Source: Podarcis pityusensis
Lineage: Eukaryota
Assembly (NCBI GenBank): GCA_964106645.2
Contig: OZ067041.1
DNA: 64,000 bases
Reading direction: 5' to 3' (one strand)
This document shows, piece after piece, positions 12,674-25,466 of the stretch. The notes beneath the pieces were generated by a model that did no database searches, was not told where the DNA came from, and saw only the letters and a program-made list of their open reading frames with translations. Made by a program: the position numbers and the translations under genes. The number at the start of each line of letters is the position of its first letter. Positions within the stretch are counted from its first letter, which is position 1.

Positions 12674-13869
12674 CTGAGGGAGGAAAGGAAAGGAACTATA
12701 AAGGACAGTGCATTTAGATATGGCAGGGATGGGGAAGCTCAGGGTCCGGGGCAAAATGCAGACCTCCAAACCTACCTGATCCCTTGGGACTCTCCTTAAG
12801 CCATGGCCCTCACCAGCCTTGCTCCATGGGCCCAAGTGCTTTTGCCAGGCTGGAATGTCCTCAAAGTGACTTGTGTGCAGTGGGAAGGTAGCCTCTGGTA
12901 CAAAGAGCCACAGCCATAGCTCTACCTACTTTTGCCTCTGCCCTGACCAACCAATAGTACGCACTCCCAGATCTTTGCTCACAAGGGAATATGGCCCTCA
13001 GGAAGAAAAATATTCCCCTCCTCAAGATATGGTGTGCAACTGGTGGCATCCATTGAAATCAATGGGAAAGGCCTTTCCCCATATCTTCACAATGGATATT
13101 GCTTAACCCTTACCTAGAAGAATTCTGAAGTATCAGGGCTTCAGAAAAACACTGACTGGGTTCTTGAAACATGTCAGGGACATAAGACCCCTGATGGATC
13201 AGAGCAAAGGCCTACCTAGTCTGAACTTTCTGTGCTCACAATGGCGAACCATATGCCTGTGGGAGGCCTGCAAGCAGGAGATGGGTGCAAAGAGCCCTCT
13301 CCTGTTTGTGTTACACAGCAACTTCTGACGCTGGAGGTAGCACATAACCATAGCTTCCATAAATTTGCCAAATTCTCTGTTAAAGCCATTCAGGTTGGTG
13401 GCTATCACATCAAAATACTTGCATGATTTTAAAAATAAAACCTGGGGGGAAATTAATTCCTAGTGTTAATTCTACACTGCCTCTTCTTTAGTTAGAGGCA
13501 CAACAAGCAAGAAAAAAGTAATTAGAAGAGAAGTGAAGAAGTTGCTGCCTTCTATGTAGCCTTGCACACAAAACTGAACTGAGCTCTACAGCAAGGAGAG
13601 AGGGGGCCTAATTATATTGCGGCATACATTCTCTCAGTTAATGACAAGTTGAGTCATCCGTCCCTCCTGTATGCAATTGAGTGTGAATTCAATCGAAGCA
13701 GCTGCAAAACAGTTGCAAGAAACAAGGTTTTCCAAGCGAACCTTTGAAACTGAATTCCCATGAGGAAAAGGAACAGACCAACAATTATTCCAGCATGAAT
13801 GAGGTGGAAAATGCCACTTCTCACTTTGGTCTTTCATTTCATTTTTATTTTATGTTAGCAATCTATTAC

Positions 13870-14027
13870 CTTATAATCACGATTTGCATCCGATAGCTGC
13901 CAGTCCGAGTTAGGCACGTCCATCCGGTTGTACTCTTCTGCAAGGTCTATGAGCTGCCAGCCTTGCACTCTCTCTTCCTCCTTTTGCTTCGGGTTGTATG
14001 AGAAGGCATACAGTTCGTCGTATCTTG
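13870..14027 (-). CDS. MTMR6: MTMR6 exon 4 (ARYDELYAFSYNPK...DANRDYK)
   Basis: AG/GT boundaries, 158 nt, frame continues. Confidence 0.95.
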
Positions 14028-14303
14028 CTAAAACAAGCCAGGAGAAAGAGAAAAAGAGGAAGGAGCCTGAGCCTTGCTGTGGGATTCCAGAGGCACCACA
14101 CTGTCGTTGTTGTTTAATTTATATACTGCTTAGTGTCGAAACAGTTTACAAAGTATAAAAAGCAGTTGCACAAGCACTCATAATTAAGTTACATAATAAG
14201 CCACAGTTAAGTTACATGATAAAACAACAGAGCAATTGAACAGGAGAATCAGGTAAAAGGATCAAGGGGAATGCCTGTGTAATGAGAAAGGCAGCCACTC
14301 TAC

Positions 14304-14466
14304 CTGGTTTTGACAGCTGAAGCAAGGAGTTATAAATATCATGGCAGTCCCTTTCTCTGGGAACAATGAAGTGAACTATCCTGAAGTTCTTGCACTGGAT
14401 CACCAGGGGGCAGCCGGACGTGGTCAAGGCGAGTTTCTCTACCGCAGCAATATGATGGTGAAGTAT
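14304..14466 (-). CDS. MTMR6: MTMR6 exon 3 (ILHHHIAAVEK...LLQLSKP)
   Basis: AG/GT boundaries, 163 nt, recognisable MTMR6 peptide. Confidence 0.96.
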
Positions 14467-14969
14467 CTGCAGCACACAGAAAACCCACAATGGCGTTTTC
14501 ACAATTCTTGGTTTCCACGGAAGAACCACAGACATTATCTCAAGTTGCTTGCTTGTTATTGGATGTGCTACACTACTTAATGCTGTGACCAGTATCCAAA
14601 GATCCTGTCCGCAATATTTTTGATTAACAACCTTTTAACATATTTCTATTGCTTTTCTGGACATTTAATATGAAATTTTGTATTTTGCTTTTCTTTTAAC
14701 TGGCTTTGGGACTTCTTTCAGCTGTATGAAGAAAAAAATAAATAAATTTGATATACTAAATAGAGGAGTAACCCCGGTGGGATTTATTTTTATTTTCTCA
14801 TACTCCACTGCAAACTGTATCTGAAAGTTAGGAAGATAAGAAGAGCCCTGATGAATCAGGCCAAAGCTCCATCTAAGTCCTGCATCCTGCTCTCACAGGA
14901 GCAACAGCATTCTCCGCATCTTTGGTTCCCAGCAATTGGTATTCAGATAACTCCAAGCTCCCCTCAGAG

Positions 14970-15220
14970 GAAGAAGAAGAAGAGTCTGGATTTGATATCC
15001 CACTTTATCACTACCTGAAGGAGTCTCAAAGCAGCTAACAATCTCCTTTCCCTTCCTCCCCCACAACAAACACTCTGTGAGATGAGTGGGACTGAGAGAC
15101 TTAAAAGAAGTGTGACTGGCCCAAGGTCACCCAGCAGCTGCATGTGGAGGAGCGGGGAAGCAAACCCGGTTCACCAGATTACGAGTCTACCGCTCTTAAC
15201 CACTACACCAAACTGGCTCT
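14970..15220 (-). mobile_element. tRNA-derived SINE (Squam3-like)
   Basis: Reverse complement of 60535-60780; A/B boxes; (CTT)n tail. Confidence 0.85.
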
Positions 15221-16046
15221 CCGATTCTCTCTGGCTCTGTCAGAATCAAAAGCAACTTGCCTTGTGGAATGAGGAGCAGGGACTGCTGTTTGAGAACACA
15301 GTGAAAAGCCCCTTTGGGTGAAGGGATGCTAGCTAACCTATATTCTATTAGTCCTGCTTCTGAAGGTGACCTTCAACAGGCTACAAATGCAGACACACCA
15401 ACACACTGAGGGAAAACACTAGCTATACATAGCCAGAAACCTGTTAATGAAACTCTCAGCGTTATCTCTCTTTTCAAAGACTAAAATTAAGAAACTACCA
15501 AAGGGGGAGATGCCAATTATTCATAACTCAATAAAATTATGGAGTTTAATTAGCTAGACTATTATAGGATATACAGCGCACTTTAAAAAAAACAGTTTGC
15601 AAAATTAAACTATTAACTGTGGCAGAATGGGCAAAGAGAACTGATGATGTGCCTTAGACCTGGGAGTGGGAGACTGACTTCACACACTTGCCAGTGCTAA
15701 TCTCCACGCATGCACAGGAATGATATCTGGGCAACTGGCCCAAATGAAGTGAGAATACCGCAGCCTTCTCTCAGGAGGCTGGAACTAAAGCCTCTGATTC
15801 TTGGAAGAGTGCCCTGCAAAACATTGGAACAGCGCAGCTCAAAGAAGTCAACCTGAAGGAGGCATGTGGTTCAATACCCATTTAAAACAATTGTACCTCA
15901 CATTCTGCATACTTAAAACAGCTTACAACAACAATTACCCAGTTATTGCAAGACAGGAGACTGGGCCTGGGGAGTCCTCTACATCAGAATAAAGCGACAC
16001 AAAATAAAAAGGGTGCCCCACTGGAGAAAACCATCGGAATCCTTAC

Positions 16047-16163
16047 CCATGTCTCTTTCTGGCTCGAGTCTATAAATAACAGGTGAGTTGCCGTGAGATA
16101 GAGCGTTCCTGTTTGTGACTTGATGTTTGTGCTGAAACGATCTAATAATTTCACCTGTTCGAC
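16047..16163 (-). CDS. MTMR6: MTMR6 exon 2 (PH-GRAM; VEQVKLLDRF...QKETW)
   Basis: cacag acceptor, gtaagg donor, 117 nt in frame. Confidence 0.96.
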
Positions 16164-16620
16164 CTGTGAGGGCAAGGGGGAAAAGAGAACACATTGCCAT
16201 GAAGTAAAGCTATGAAACATATGATCTTGACATAAAAACAGCCTGGTCATTCAGTTCATTATCTTCTCAAGAGGCAGATCGCTGTCTGGCAACAAAGTGT
16301 GCGTGCATTTGCAAAGACAACCTTTAGCCTTCACAACGCACCAATAATGCAAAATGCAGCCACCAGGCATGTGACAGATACCCTAACGTGCACGGCCTAC
16401 GGTGCAGCAGCTCACATGTGCCTGCTAACAGGAAGAACCGCTCAGCTAGAACATTTTCTGGCTTTGTATCTTCCCGTTCTGACTGCTGACCAAGAGGACA
16501 ACATTCTGGTTGGGCTAGTAAAACCCTGGCGAAGTGGTAACTCAAGATCAACTGGTTCCAGGGGCTGTGTTTGCAAAGGTGACAATGCAGCCTCCAGAAC
16601 AGAAATGGGATACTCTATAT

Positions 16621-16828
16621 CAGGGGTCACCAACCTAAGGCCCATGGGCCGGAAGAGGCCCGCAGAGGTCATTTGACTGGCCCACGAGCTGCCCCCAAAC
16701 TGAGCTGCCCAATCGCGCACTGCGCTAAACCGGTGCAACGTAGCACGGGGACTCACTTCCATGGTGCCGGAAATCGCGTCTGCGCGGGACCGATCCGGCC
16801 CAGGCAAGATAAACCTTCCTGACCCCTG
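16621..16828. mobile_element. hAT-type MITE with 8-bp TSD
   Basis: TIR caggggtca / tgacccctg; TSD ctctatat / ctccatat. Confidence 0.85.
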
Positions 16829-19005
16829 CTCCATATTCTATTAAGCCTCTTGTGTTTTTTCAGTACAGTTCTGCTGTGAACAAATTCTCTCCCACAATTC
16901 TCATTTCAAATAGTACCATCATGCAATGATCTCAGAAAGACTACTTGGAAAGACTGCTCCTAGAGAGATAGAGGGCTAGGGGCTACTTTTCCCGCATCCA
17001 ACTTGGAGCACAGTTCAAGAATTGCTGAGCAGATAACACAGCAACACGAAAGTAAGGCTATAGACTTTGGGTGGCAACCCCCATAGCTATACATGGAACC
17101 AAACACAGCTTCCCACATGCTAAGACAAATAGAGGGTTCTCTTGTAACCCACATATTTAAGGAAGAATGTGGGTGCTTGTTTTTTAGGTGTGTTGTTTGC
17201 TGTGTGTTAGTGAGGAGGGAAAGTATGGTGCTGTGTGGTTATGCCACATATGTCCTATAAGGCCTATTCTGAACTGAGACTGAGGGGAAATCTATCCTTC
17301 TTAGAAAACGAAAAAGTTCCTCAAAACACAAAGGCTGAGAAGAGCCAGAGGGTCTTGCGTGCAGTATTCTTCCAAAATAACATAGGATGCTTTCAGCTGT
17401 AGCAGAGAGCAATTTACAGAAGGTACATTCAGAAATTTAGCTGCTTTTAACCGATCGGAAATTGACTTTGAATGTTCTACAGGTCTGTTTTGTCTGAATC
17501 CCAAGAGCAGGCCAGGAAAGCTGCCACAAAGAGGCAATAAGGGAAGATTTGGCAAGGATGCGTTCCTCATATTCTCTTGGCAGGATTGCCTTATTAGCAC
17601 TAATTCACCAGTCTGCTCCTAGAGCTCTAACAATGAGTCTGCCACAAGATTCAGAGAGCGCATCTCTCATACAGACCAGCAGAATTAGAACTCAAGGGAG
17701 AAAGCAGCAACAACGGAACTTCCTGCATCAGCAATGCAGGTATCTGCAATTCCTGAATTCTATCTCAACGTCAATATTTGACCTGGCTAGATTACAAGAA
17801 ACATTTTATAACCAATTCTCCAGCTCTTTGCTTTTGAAAAATGCTGGCAATACAAATCAGTAAGCATCACTTAAATAAGTAGCTTTCAGATATATGATGG
17901 TGCTAATTTGCAGGAAACAGAAAATCAGCAGCTTCAACTAAAGCAGCCTTCCAGGCACGTTTTATGTTAAAAAATAATTAGGACAAGCTACACAGGCAGA
18001 CTGGATCAGGTCAAAGCCACATGACCAGGGTCTAAAGTAAAGCAAGCCCTTAAGCGACAGAGACTTGCCAGTTTGTGAACTGTACTTTCCCCCCTTACTC
18101 AGCCACCCTGTCCAATTTTGATAAGCACAACTGTACACCAATAAACAAGAAAACATGAGCATCCCCAGAAATGAAGTCTAACGGAACAGGTAACTGTAGG
18201 GCAGGATTTATTTAAGGATTGAACTTTTTGCAAAGTATCAAGTATAAACGTGGCATAAATCCATTTCTCCATAAGCTAATTTATGGCTGCTATCATGTTA
18301 CTACATGTGCAGCCCTTAGGATGAAACAGTAGCTTACGCACATAGCCAATCACTTTGAGCTGTTGAATTATTTGCACTACGTGTCAAAGTAAACAAGACA
18401 ACCCGTGAAAATGTGGGCCAAGGGAGTGGCCACTGAGGACCAATGTGGCGTAGAGGTCTTTGGTGAAGAGCAAGGAGAGAATAAAGGTAAAGCTGCACCT
18501 GCTTTGTAGTAATAGGTGACCAGGAAAACGAGCAAGCTGGCAGAGGAGGGATGGGTGACTTATCATTCCTCTGTACTCAATACAGAAACCAAGTACTATA
18601 GATTGCCAGAGGAGGGAACGGCTCTCTTCTGCACCCAGTATAGGAATGAGGTGGGCTCTTTATCCCTTCTCTCCTGGGCTCCAAGCAAGCTATTAAAACA
18701 CTCTGCAGGCTAGTAACTTTTGTGGGCTTATTTACAAGGTTGCTTTGTGAGCATTTTGTTGCTTTTTAAGGGTGATTCTTTCTTCTTTGGAACTCCCCAA
18801 AGGAAACTTCAGCATTGTAACATAATTTCTTCCTTCTTAGGAACTCCCCCAAAGAATATTCAGCCTTGTAGCATTATAGAGAGTTGAACAGACAGCATAA
18901 ATCGCATGACAGGTGCTTCTGCCTTCTGAAAGATAACCATTTTAAGCCAAAAGGAACTGGCTCAGATCCAGCCCAAAACATTTTGCTGCCTGAAGTGAAG
19001 GTATA

Positions 19006-19245
19006 CAGTGGTACCTCTGGTTGCGAACGGGATCCGTTCTGGAGGCCCATTCGCAACATGAGCAGGACGCAACCTGCGTCTGCGCGTGCCACGATTCACT
19101 GCTTCTGCGCATGACATCGTTTTGCACGTCTGCGCATGCGCAAACGGCGAAACCTGGAAGTAACCCTTTCCGGTACTTCCGGGTCGCCGCGGGATGCAAC
19201 CTGAAAACGTTCAACCTGAAGCAAACGTAACATGAGGTATGAATG
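19006..19245. mobile_element. Tc1/mariner (Tigger-like) MITE
   Basis: TA|cagtggtacctc ... gaggtatgaatg|TA; CpG-rich. Confidence 0.8.
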
Positions 19246-20310
19246 TAGATGGTACTCTCCACATGGGCACAGGGTTATATTGGAGGTGGGGCAGGCTTTA
19301 TGTTGGGGGGGCAGAATCGAGGTATCTGTGATGCAAGTAGTCAGTTAGTTAAGTCTTTTATTTATTTAATTTGGGGGGAAGGCAGCTCCCCCCCTGCACC
19401 ACCCATGTACAGAAGCATGTCAGCTGAATCTTGTTTCAGTGCTAGGAATAGGATGGTGTTCTTTACAGCACCTGAGGGGAGCAGAATATCTTACAGGATG
19501 CAGGACAGGACATGGCTTGCATAGGTCTGTCCTCCAACAAAAAAGGACAGCCAGGAAACTCGGAGGAACATCAGGGACCCCAGCATCTGTAACCTCAAGT
19601 GGCTGCCCCAGTCTGCCTAGTGATTGGGCATGCCCTGAATACGTTCCATACTCCTTTTGAGGTGCAGGTCTTTCCTCTTCAGCTGATGATTTCCCAATTA
19701 CTTTTGTAGCTAATGGCACTTGCAGCATACAGAGACTTCTTCCACAACCTCCCCCCAACCCGGCCTGGAACAGCAGCAATTTGCCTCAGTTAGCATTTTG
19801 AAACTTGCAGATTACTATAGATAAGTCATCTGCTTCCTCCTCTCTCGCTGCCATACAAAGTTTCATTCAAAGGATATCTGAATTTCAGTGGAAGGTTTAA
19901 TTTTTAAGAAGTTAAAAATACTGCAGGTCACACACAGCAAGAGTAAATACTGATTGATACTCTGGAGTGGTTTTGCTTTGCAGACAGGTTGTGCTACAAC
20001 AGCAAACAGTCTATATGGCTCTGAGATCCATGCACACAGATCACATTTCAGGCTAAGGTCAGTGATCCTCTACAATGCAATAGAGCTTTTACTTAAGAAA
20101 AGTAGTAAATGGTCAAAGGGCAGTATTAAGCTTCTCAGGTCTAAACACAATAATCTTTGTTTTTGATTCTCCACAATTTAAACTCATATTGAGCCACTGT
20201 TTTCCAGCTACTCACAAAAACACTGAGTTACTTTAGCTTCAGAATGAAACAATTGGGGTGGGGGTGTAGAGAAAGATAAGAAGTTTTTTTGCCTGCAGGT
20301 ATGCTTGTTT

Positions 20311-20676
20311 AAAGGTAAAGGACCCCTGACAGTTAAGTCCAGTCGCAGACGTCTCTGGGGTTATGGTGCTCATCTCGCTTTACTGGCCAAGGGAGCTGGC
20401 GTTTGTCCACAGACAGTTTTTCCGGGTTGTGTGGCCTGCATGACTAAGCCGCTTCTGGTGAAACCAGAGCAGCACACGGAAACGCCGTTTACCTTCCTGC
20501 CGGAGCAGTACCTATTTATCTACTTGCACATTTTGGCATGATTTGAACTGCAAGGTTGGCAGGAGCTGGGACCAAGCAATGGGAGCTCACCCCGTCACAG
20601 GGATTTGAACCGCCGACCTTTTGATCGGCAAGCCCAAGAGGCTCAGTGGTTTAGACCACAGCGCCACCCGTATCCC
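20311..20676 (-). mobile_element. Sauria SINE, near full length
   Basis: tRNA-like head, aaaggtaaagg tail (reverse of cctttacc), homologous to other copies. Confidence 0.88.
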
Positions 20677-20829
20677 TGTATAATGCTTGTTTATACAGTG
20701 ATAAAACTTCCCTAAGAGCACAGCAATCTAAGATGATGTCATTTTTAAAAAGAGAATATTTTGAATTCAATTTGGAAATGAGCTGCATTAAAACTGTCAT
20801 GTGACCCTTACATGACTCCCACTGAAAAG

Positions 20830-21015
20830 ACATAGGAACAGAGAAAACTGTCTCCTACTGAGCCAGACCATTGACCCATCTAACTCAGTACTGTCTACAC
20901 TGACTGGCAGGGGCTTGCCAGTACTTCAGAGTCTTTCCCATTGATGCCTGGAGATTGAACCTGGGACCTTCTGCATATAAAGCTGATGTTCTACCTCTGA
21001 GCTATGGCCCTTCCA
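20830..21015 (-). mobile_element. Old tRNA-derived SINE; related fragments at ~4470-4650, 9375-9625, 43748-43890, 56885-56945, 63945-64000
   Basis: ttgaacctgggaccttctgcat...ctgagctatggccc (reverse tRNA head), gagccagaccattg..ccatct tail. Confidence 0.6.
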
Positions 21016-21174
21016 AAAGACCTGGCAAGAGAGATGGAAAAGATAATATGGAATTTGTTGTCTATCTCATGACATGATCTCATAAAATCAAATGGGCCCC
21101 ACCCTTGGCTGAGAGCCCTGTCAGAAAATATCACCCTGTAGGTTACAAGAAGAAGACTGGAAACACATCAAAAT

Positions 21175-21290
21175 TAGAATCAGAGAATTGTAGAGTTGGA
21201 AGGGACCATAAGAGTCATCTTGTCCAACCCCCTGCAATGCGGGAATCTTTTGCCCACAACCCTGAGATTAAGATTCTCATGCTCCACCTC
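21175..21290 (-). mobile_element. Short SINE with CR1-type 3' tail; related copy at ~38658-38800
   Basis: agaattgtagagttggaagggacc...caacccctgcaatgc. Confidence 0.65.
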
Positions 21291-22299
21291 TCACCTTACA
21301 TCAGGCAATACCTCTATCTAACCCCCTACACTGGCTTCCTGTCCACTCCCCAATCCTGTTTCTCCTGCTGCCATTTGCCTCCCCCCCCCCCCCGTGGTTT
21401 CCCATCAAATTATGTATGTCAAGCTCCTTGGGACAGGAACTATGCTCTTGAACTTCGTAAGATATCATGCCCGCTGACACAGAACACACACACATATATA
21501 ATTGAAAACTTAACCTCCAAATAAACATGAATAAGATAGGGCTATATGGCTGCAACCTTAACAGACAGTAAGTACTATGGAGATTAGTGCAGTTTGTAAG
21601 ATTAAATAGCATCACATTACTGCGGCCTAAACTACTGCAGCCTAAAGCCCACTATCACCACACATAGGATCATGGGAGCACTAGTCCATGAAAACTTAAG
21701 GATCCCATTAAATTCTAAGTTCAGATACGCAGAAAACAATATATGTAAAGAAATCAGGGAGGGGAGCTGAGGGAAGTCCTTGGTGGGGGAGAGGGAGAGT
21801 TGGGGAAAAAAATAATGTAATTGATTAAGAGGACTGATAAATTGTTATGTTGAAATTGGTTAATAAAAATATTTTTAAAATAGTAATTCTAAGTTCAGAT
21901 ATAGCCTGCTGCAGCAAACAGCAAAAGAAACCCAGAGGGTGACTGACATTCATCCAAGTTTTACTCAGAGTGGACTCACTGAATATTTAGTCACGCTCGT
22001 TCATTTCAGTGGGCCTACTCTTGAGTAAAACTTAGCTGCATTCCAGCCAGTATGGCAGCAACCTTAATGCCCAACCACCCAAGGCATTGTGCCATAAACC
22101 ATCACGGCCTCGCAACCAATTTCCTCAAATTGTGGCTAGATAGGATGGAAACAAGTAAAGAGCTTAGGCGACAGCAGAATTGACCATGGTGCCATAAGAC
22201 TTCTTTCTTGTGCATGTTTTGCTGCAACCTTAAAGCCCCGCTGAACTGAATGGGAATGACTTCTAGGGTAGAGATGGGTCGGTCAGGACTGCAGCCTAA

Positions 22300-22790
22300 G
22301 GCACATACAGGCTTGCGTCTGAGGAGGCATGCACAGGGTTTCACGGCAAGGCTGCGATCCGGGAGCAAGCTCGATCGGGTGCTCAAGCCTCCCAAGAGGA
22401 AGCCCCCGGGGTCTGCAAGGCTCCCTCCCACGCTGCTCCGGCGGCGGACAAGGCCGGCCTCCGAGCAAGGCCCCGCTCAGTTACCTTCGTGGTGCGAATG
22501 TGCTCCATGATGCCACCGCGCCCAAGCTGCCCGCCGCCGCCCCTCTCCGACTGGCCGCTCAGCCGGCGTCTCCTGGAGACACTTCCTGATAATCGAGTGC
22601 TGGGGATGGAGGTGGAGAGACCAAAGCGGCCTGCAAGAGGGCCGGGTCCGTCCCACAGCGACCCCTGCCGGGTGGAAGACCCAGTCAAATAAGAGAGAAT
22701 TCTCAAACAGAAAAGGCCGCTTTGTTTACTTGCTTATCATTCCGCCCTTCACCCGAAGATCACAGGGCGGTTTACCAATATACGAACACA
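22300..22790 (-). promoter_or_regulatory. CpG island / promoter of MTMR6
   Basis: High GC and CpG density around exon 1, GC boxes, ETS-like acttcctg near 22582. Confidence 0.8.
22485..22508 (-). CDS. MTMR6: MTMR6 coding exon 1 (MEHIRTTK); gene CDS spans 22508->4084, 14 exons, 1863 nt, 620 aa
   Basis: ATG in ggcatcATGG context, N-terminus matches vertebrate MTMR6, GT donor at 22484, inside a CpG island. Confidence 0.96.
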
Positions 22791-22894
22791 TACAAAAAAT
22801 ATGCACCCTAATAACAAACAAAAACAATGCCACACAAACACGCACGCAGTTTAAAAGGCCGTAGGATTGGAAAGAAGATAAAGTCCCTACCAGA

Positions 22895-23280
22895 GAAGAA
22901 TGGCAGATCAAGTGGATGTGATGATGCAAAAATGGCTAAAATGACCAGAAGAATCAGAAATCAGGAAGACCAAAATTTTAATAAGGAATAGGGGGAAATT
23001 TATAAATTTTTTTTTAAAAAAACATTGTAAACAGTTAAAATAGTTAGTAAGATCAGAATAACACTTGTAGTTTAATGGTGAATTTTGGACACAATGAAGA
23101 GGTAAAAGATTTTGATTATTATAGAAGATGCAGGAGGAAATGGTTAACTATAGGACCCACAAAGGGGAGGAGGGAAGTCCAGGAGATTCTTTGGAATCTT
23201 GTTTCTATATTGTATGTTGGATATGTGACTGTAAAATTTTAATCTGAAAAACCAAATAAATAGTTATTTTAAAATTAATT
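22895..23280 (+). mobile_element. LINE (L1-like) 3' fragment
   Basis: EWQIK..MAKMTRRIRNQEDQNF degenerate peptide, aataaa and AT-rich tail. Confidence 0.6.
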
Positions 23281-23889
23281 AATTAATTAAAAGGCCATAG
23301 GATTACTTAACTAGCCAAGGGCCTGGGAGAAGCGGAACCTTTTCTCCTGGCGTCTAATGAAGGCAACAGATGAACCTCCCTGGGAGAGGATTTCATAAAT
23401 AGGGAAAGAAAAGGCCCGTTCTCACATTGCATATCCTGGGCTTCGTATGCCTGTTTAAAATATATTGATATAGACACCTGCTGAAGATCATACTTCATAT
23501 ATCTGGCAGACTCCAAGGAAGGTGAAGCCAGAATAAATATGTTTCAGGGGACACAAGGGTAGTCACTGGTAAACTGGAATACTTGTGACATCATCCATCC
23601 AGCCAATCAACTGGGAATTTCCCAACAACAAAGGGGTCTGGGTTACATTGTCATGCTGATTAGCTGGGAAAGGATTAAGGGCATTTTCTGATTCAGTTTA
23701 CACAGATGAAACTACTTTTAGAAAAGAGTCACGCTAGCAGCTATGTCAAGGAAGAATGACTTTTGTAATCTGGGGCTTCTCTGGAGGGGTGGCCCCAAAA
23801 CCAACAATGCAGGCAGGTAAAAAGCTTCATTGCATACTAAGGATCAGAGGTGCTATGTCAGAGGTAAGGTAAAAGGGGGGGGAGAATAA

Positions 23890-24190
23890 GGAGCGGGTGG
23901 TTCTGTGGTCTAAACCACTGAGCCTCTTGGGCTTGCTGATCGAAAGGTTGGCAGTTTGAATCTGCACGACGGGGTGAGCTCCCGTTACTCTGTCCCAGCT
24001 TCTGCCAACCTAGCAGTTCGAAAGCACACCACTGCAAGTAGATAAATAGGTACTGCTGTGGCAGGAAGGTAAACGGTGCTTCCATGCGCTTTGGCTTCTG
24101 TCACGGTGTTCCTGAAGCGAGATGAGTGTCGCACCCCAAAGTTGCCTTTGACTGGACTTAACTGTCCAGGGGTCCTTTACCTTTTTTACC
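23890..24190 (+). mobile_element. Sauria SINE
   Basis: ggtctaaaccactgagcctcttgggcttgctgatcgaaaggt head, cctttacc tail. Confidence 0.85.
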
Positions 24191-24483
24191 TATGTCAGAT
24201 CAGGACATGGGGGTAAGATTTATTATATCCAGAGGCAGCATCTACCGAGGCAGCTTTAAGAGTCTCCAGAGCTTATTTCTTTATTCCTGATAGTAATTAT
24301 AGTATTGTTCATGAGAAAGTCCAGTCACCTGACCAATTTGCTAAGCTGTGGGATTTGTGCCTTTGATGTGCAGTTCTAGAATACAGTCCCAAGACTGTAC
24401 AGTCAGCGTGAGATGAGTGAGATGTGGTTCAGGCTTCTGAGATCACTCTGTGAAAGGAATAGGGTGTCTCTCATCAATTATTG

Positions 24484-24665
24484 TAGGGTTGCCGTATTTC
24501 AAAAAGTGAAAAGCCAGATACAAAAGTTGTTGAGTTTTTTGGGCAAAGTTGTTGTGCTGCCATATGCCCGGGTTTTCGACGATTTTTGAAAATTCCGTCC
24601 GGATGCTATTTTCGATGGATGAATCCGGGGTATGTCTGGGAAATTCCGGACTTATGGCAGCCCTA
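24484..24665. mobile_element. hAT (Tip100-like) MITE
   Basis: TIR tagggttgcc / ggcagcccta, internal ccgg repeats. Confidence 0.75.
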
Positions 24666-25257
24666 ATTATCAGCACCTCTAACAAACTGGGGGGGGGGGG
24701 GGGATGACGACGATGACGACCCAGGACTGTTAAAGTGGTGTAGTTGTGCTTTAAATGCATGCTATACTTTTAACCATACTGTGCAACATCTGGTGGTGGG
24801 GAAGAGATATGAATATAAAATTAGGTTTCAAATTACTTTGAGAGACATTTTATGTCTTTAGTTCAAAGATTTTTGATGCAACTTTTAATCAAATTATCTC
24901 CAAGGCAGTTTACCCAGCAGTACAAAACAACAACACAGTGGCTTTTGTTCCTCTGGCCACTGGCAGAAGCCAGAGTCTTCCCTCCCCCTCACATCTGTTG
25001 TTCCAGAGCAGCTGCCAGTTGAGCAAAGTTATCTCCCTGCAGCCACGGCTCTGTCATCTAGTTTAAGCATTAGAACCTTATCTTGCCACGGAAACACAAC
25101 TAGTACATAAAGCAGGAGGCTTAGCAGTATGACGAGGAACAAGCAGCTGGATCACCTGCCTGCCTCTATCCTTTCTTTTGAAAGCCATTTTGAAGAAATC
25201 TTCTCAACCCACCAATGGGCAAGAAGTGTGAAAGATAAAATGTTTTCCTCATAGTTT

Positions 25258-25466
25258 GTTGAGTGTGGTGTAGTGGTTAGAGCTGGTGAACTAGGACCTG
25301 GGAGACCAAGGTTCAAATCCCACACAGGACTACAAAGTTCATGGGGTGCTTTTTCCCCAGCCACCCATTGTCTCTCAGTCAAACCTACTCCTCAGGATTG
25401 TTACGAGAATAAAATGTGGAGTGGGAGAACCATGTATGTAAATGTAAGAATAAATAAATAAATAAA
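25258..25466 (+). mobile_element. Older tRNA-derived SINE (Squam3/MIR-like)
   Basis: A/B boxes, (TAAA)n tail. Confidence 0.65.

Noticed and set aside
22509-22706. Open in-frame region upstream of the MTMR6 ATG (possible non-AUG N-terminal extension)
   Set aside because: Open frames are common in CpG islands; near-cognate starts have weak context and the ATG has a good Kozak
20311-24190. Inverted pair of Sauria SINEs as a dsRNA editing substrate
   Set aside because: They lie on opposite sides of the MTMR6 promoter, so they are unlikely to be in one transcript
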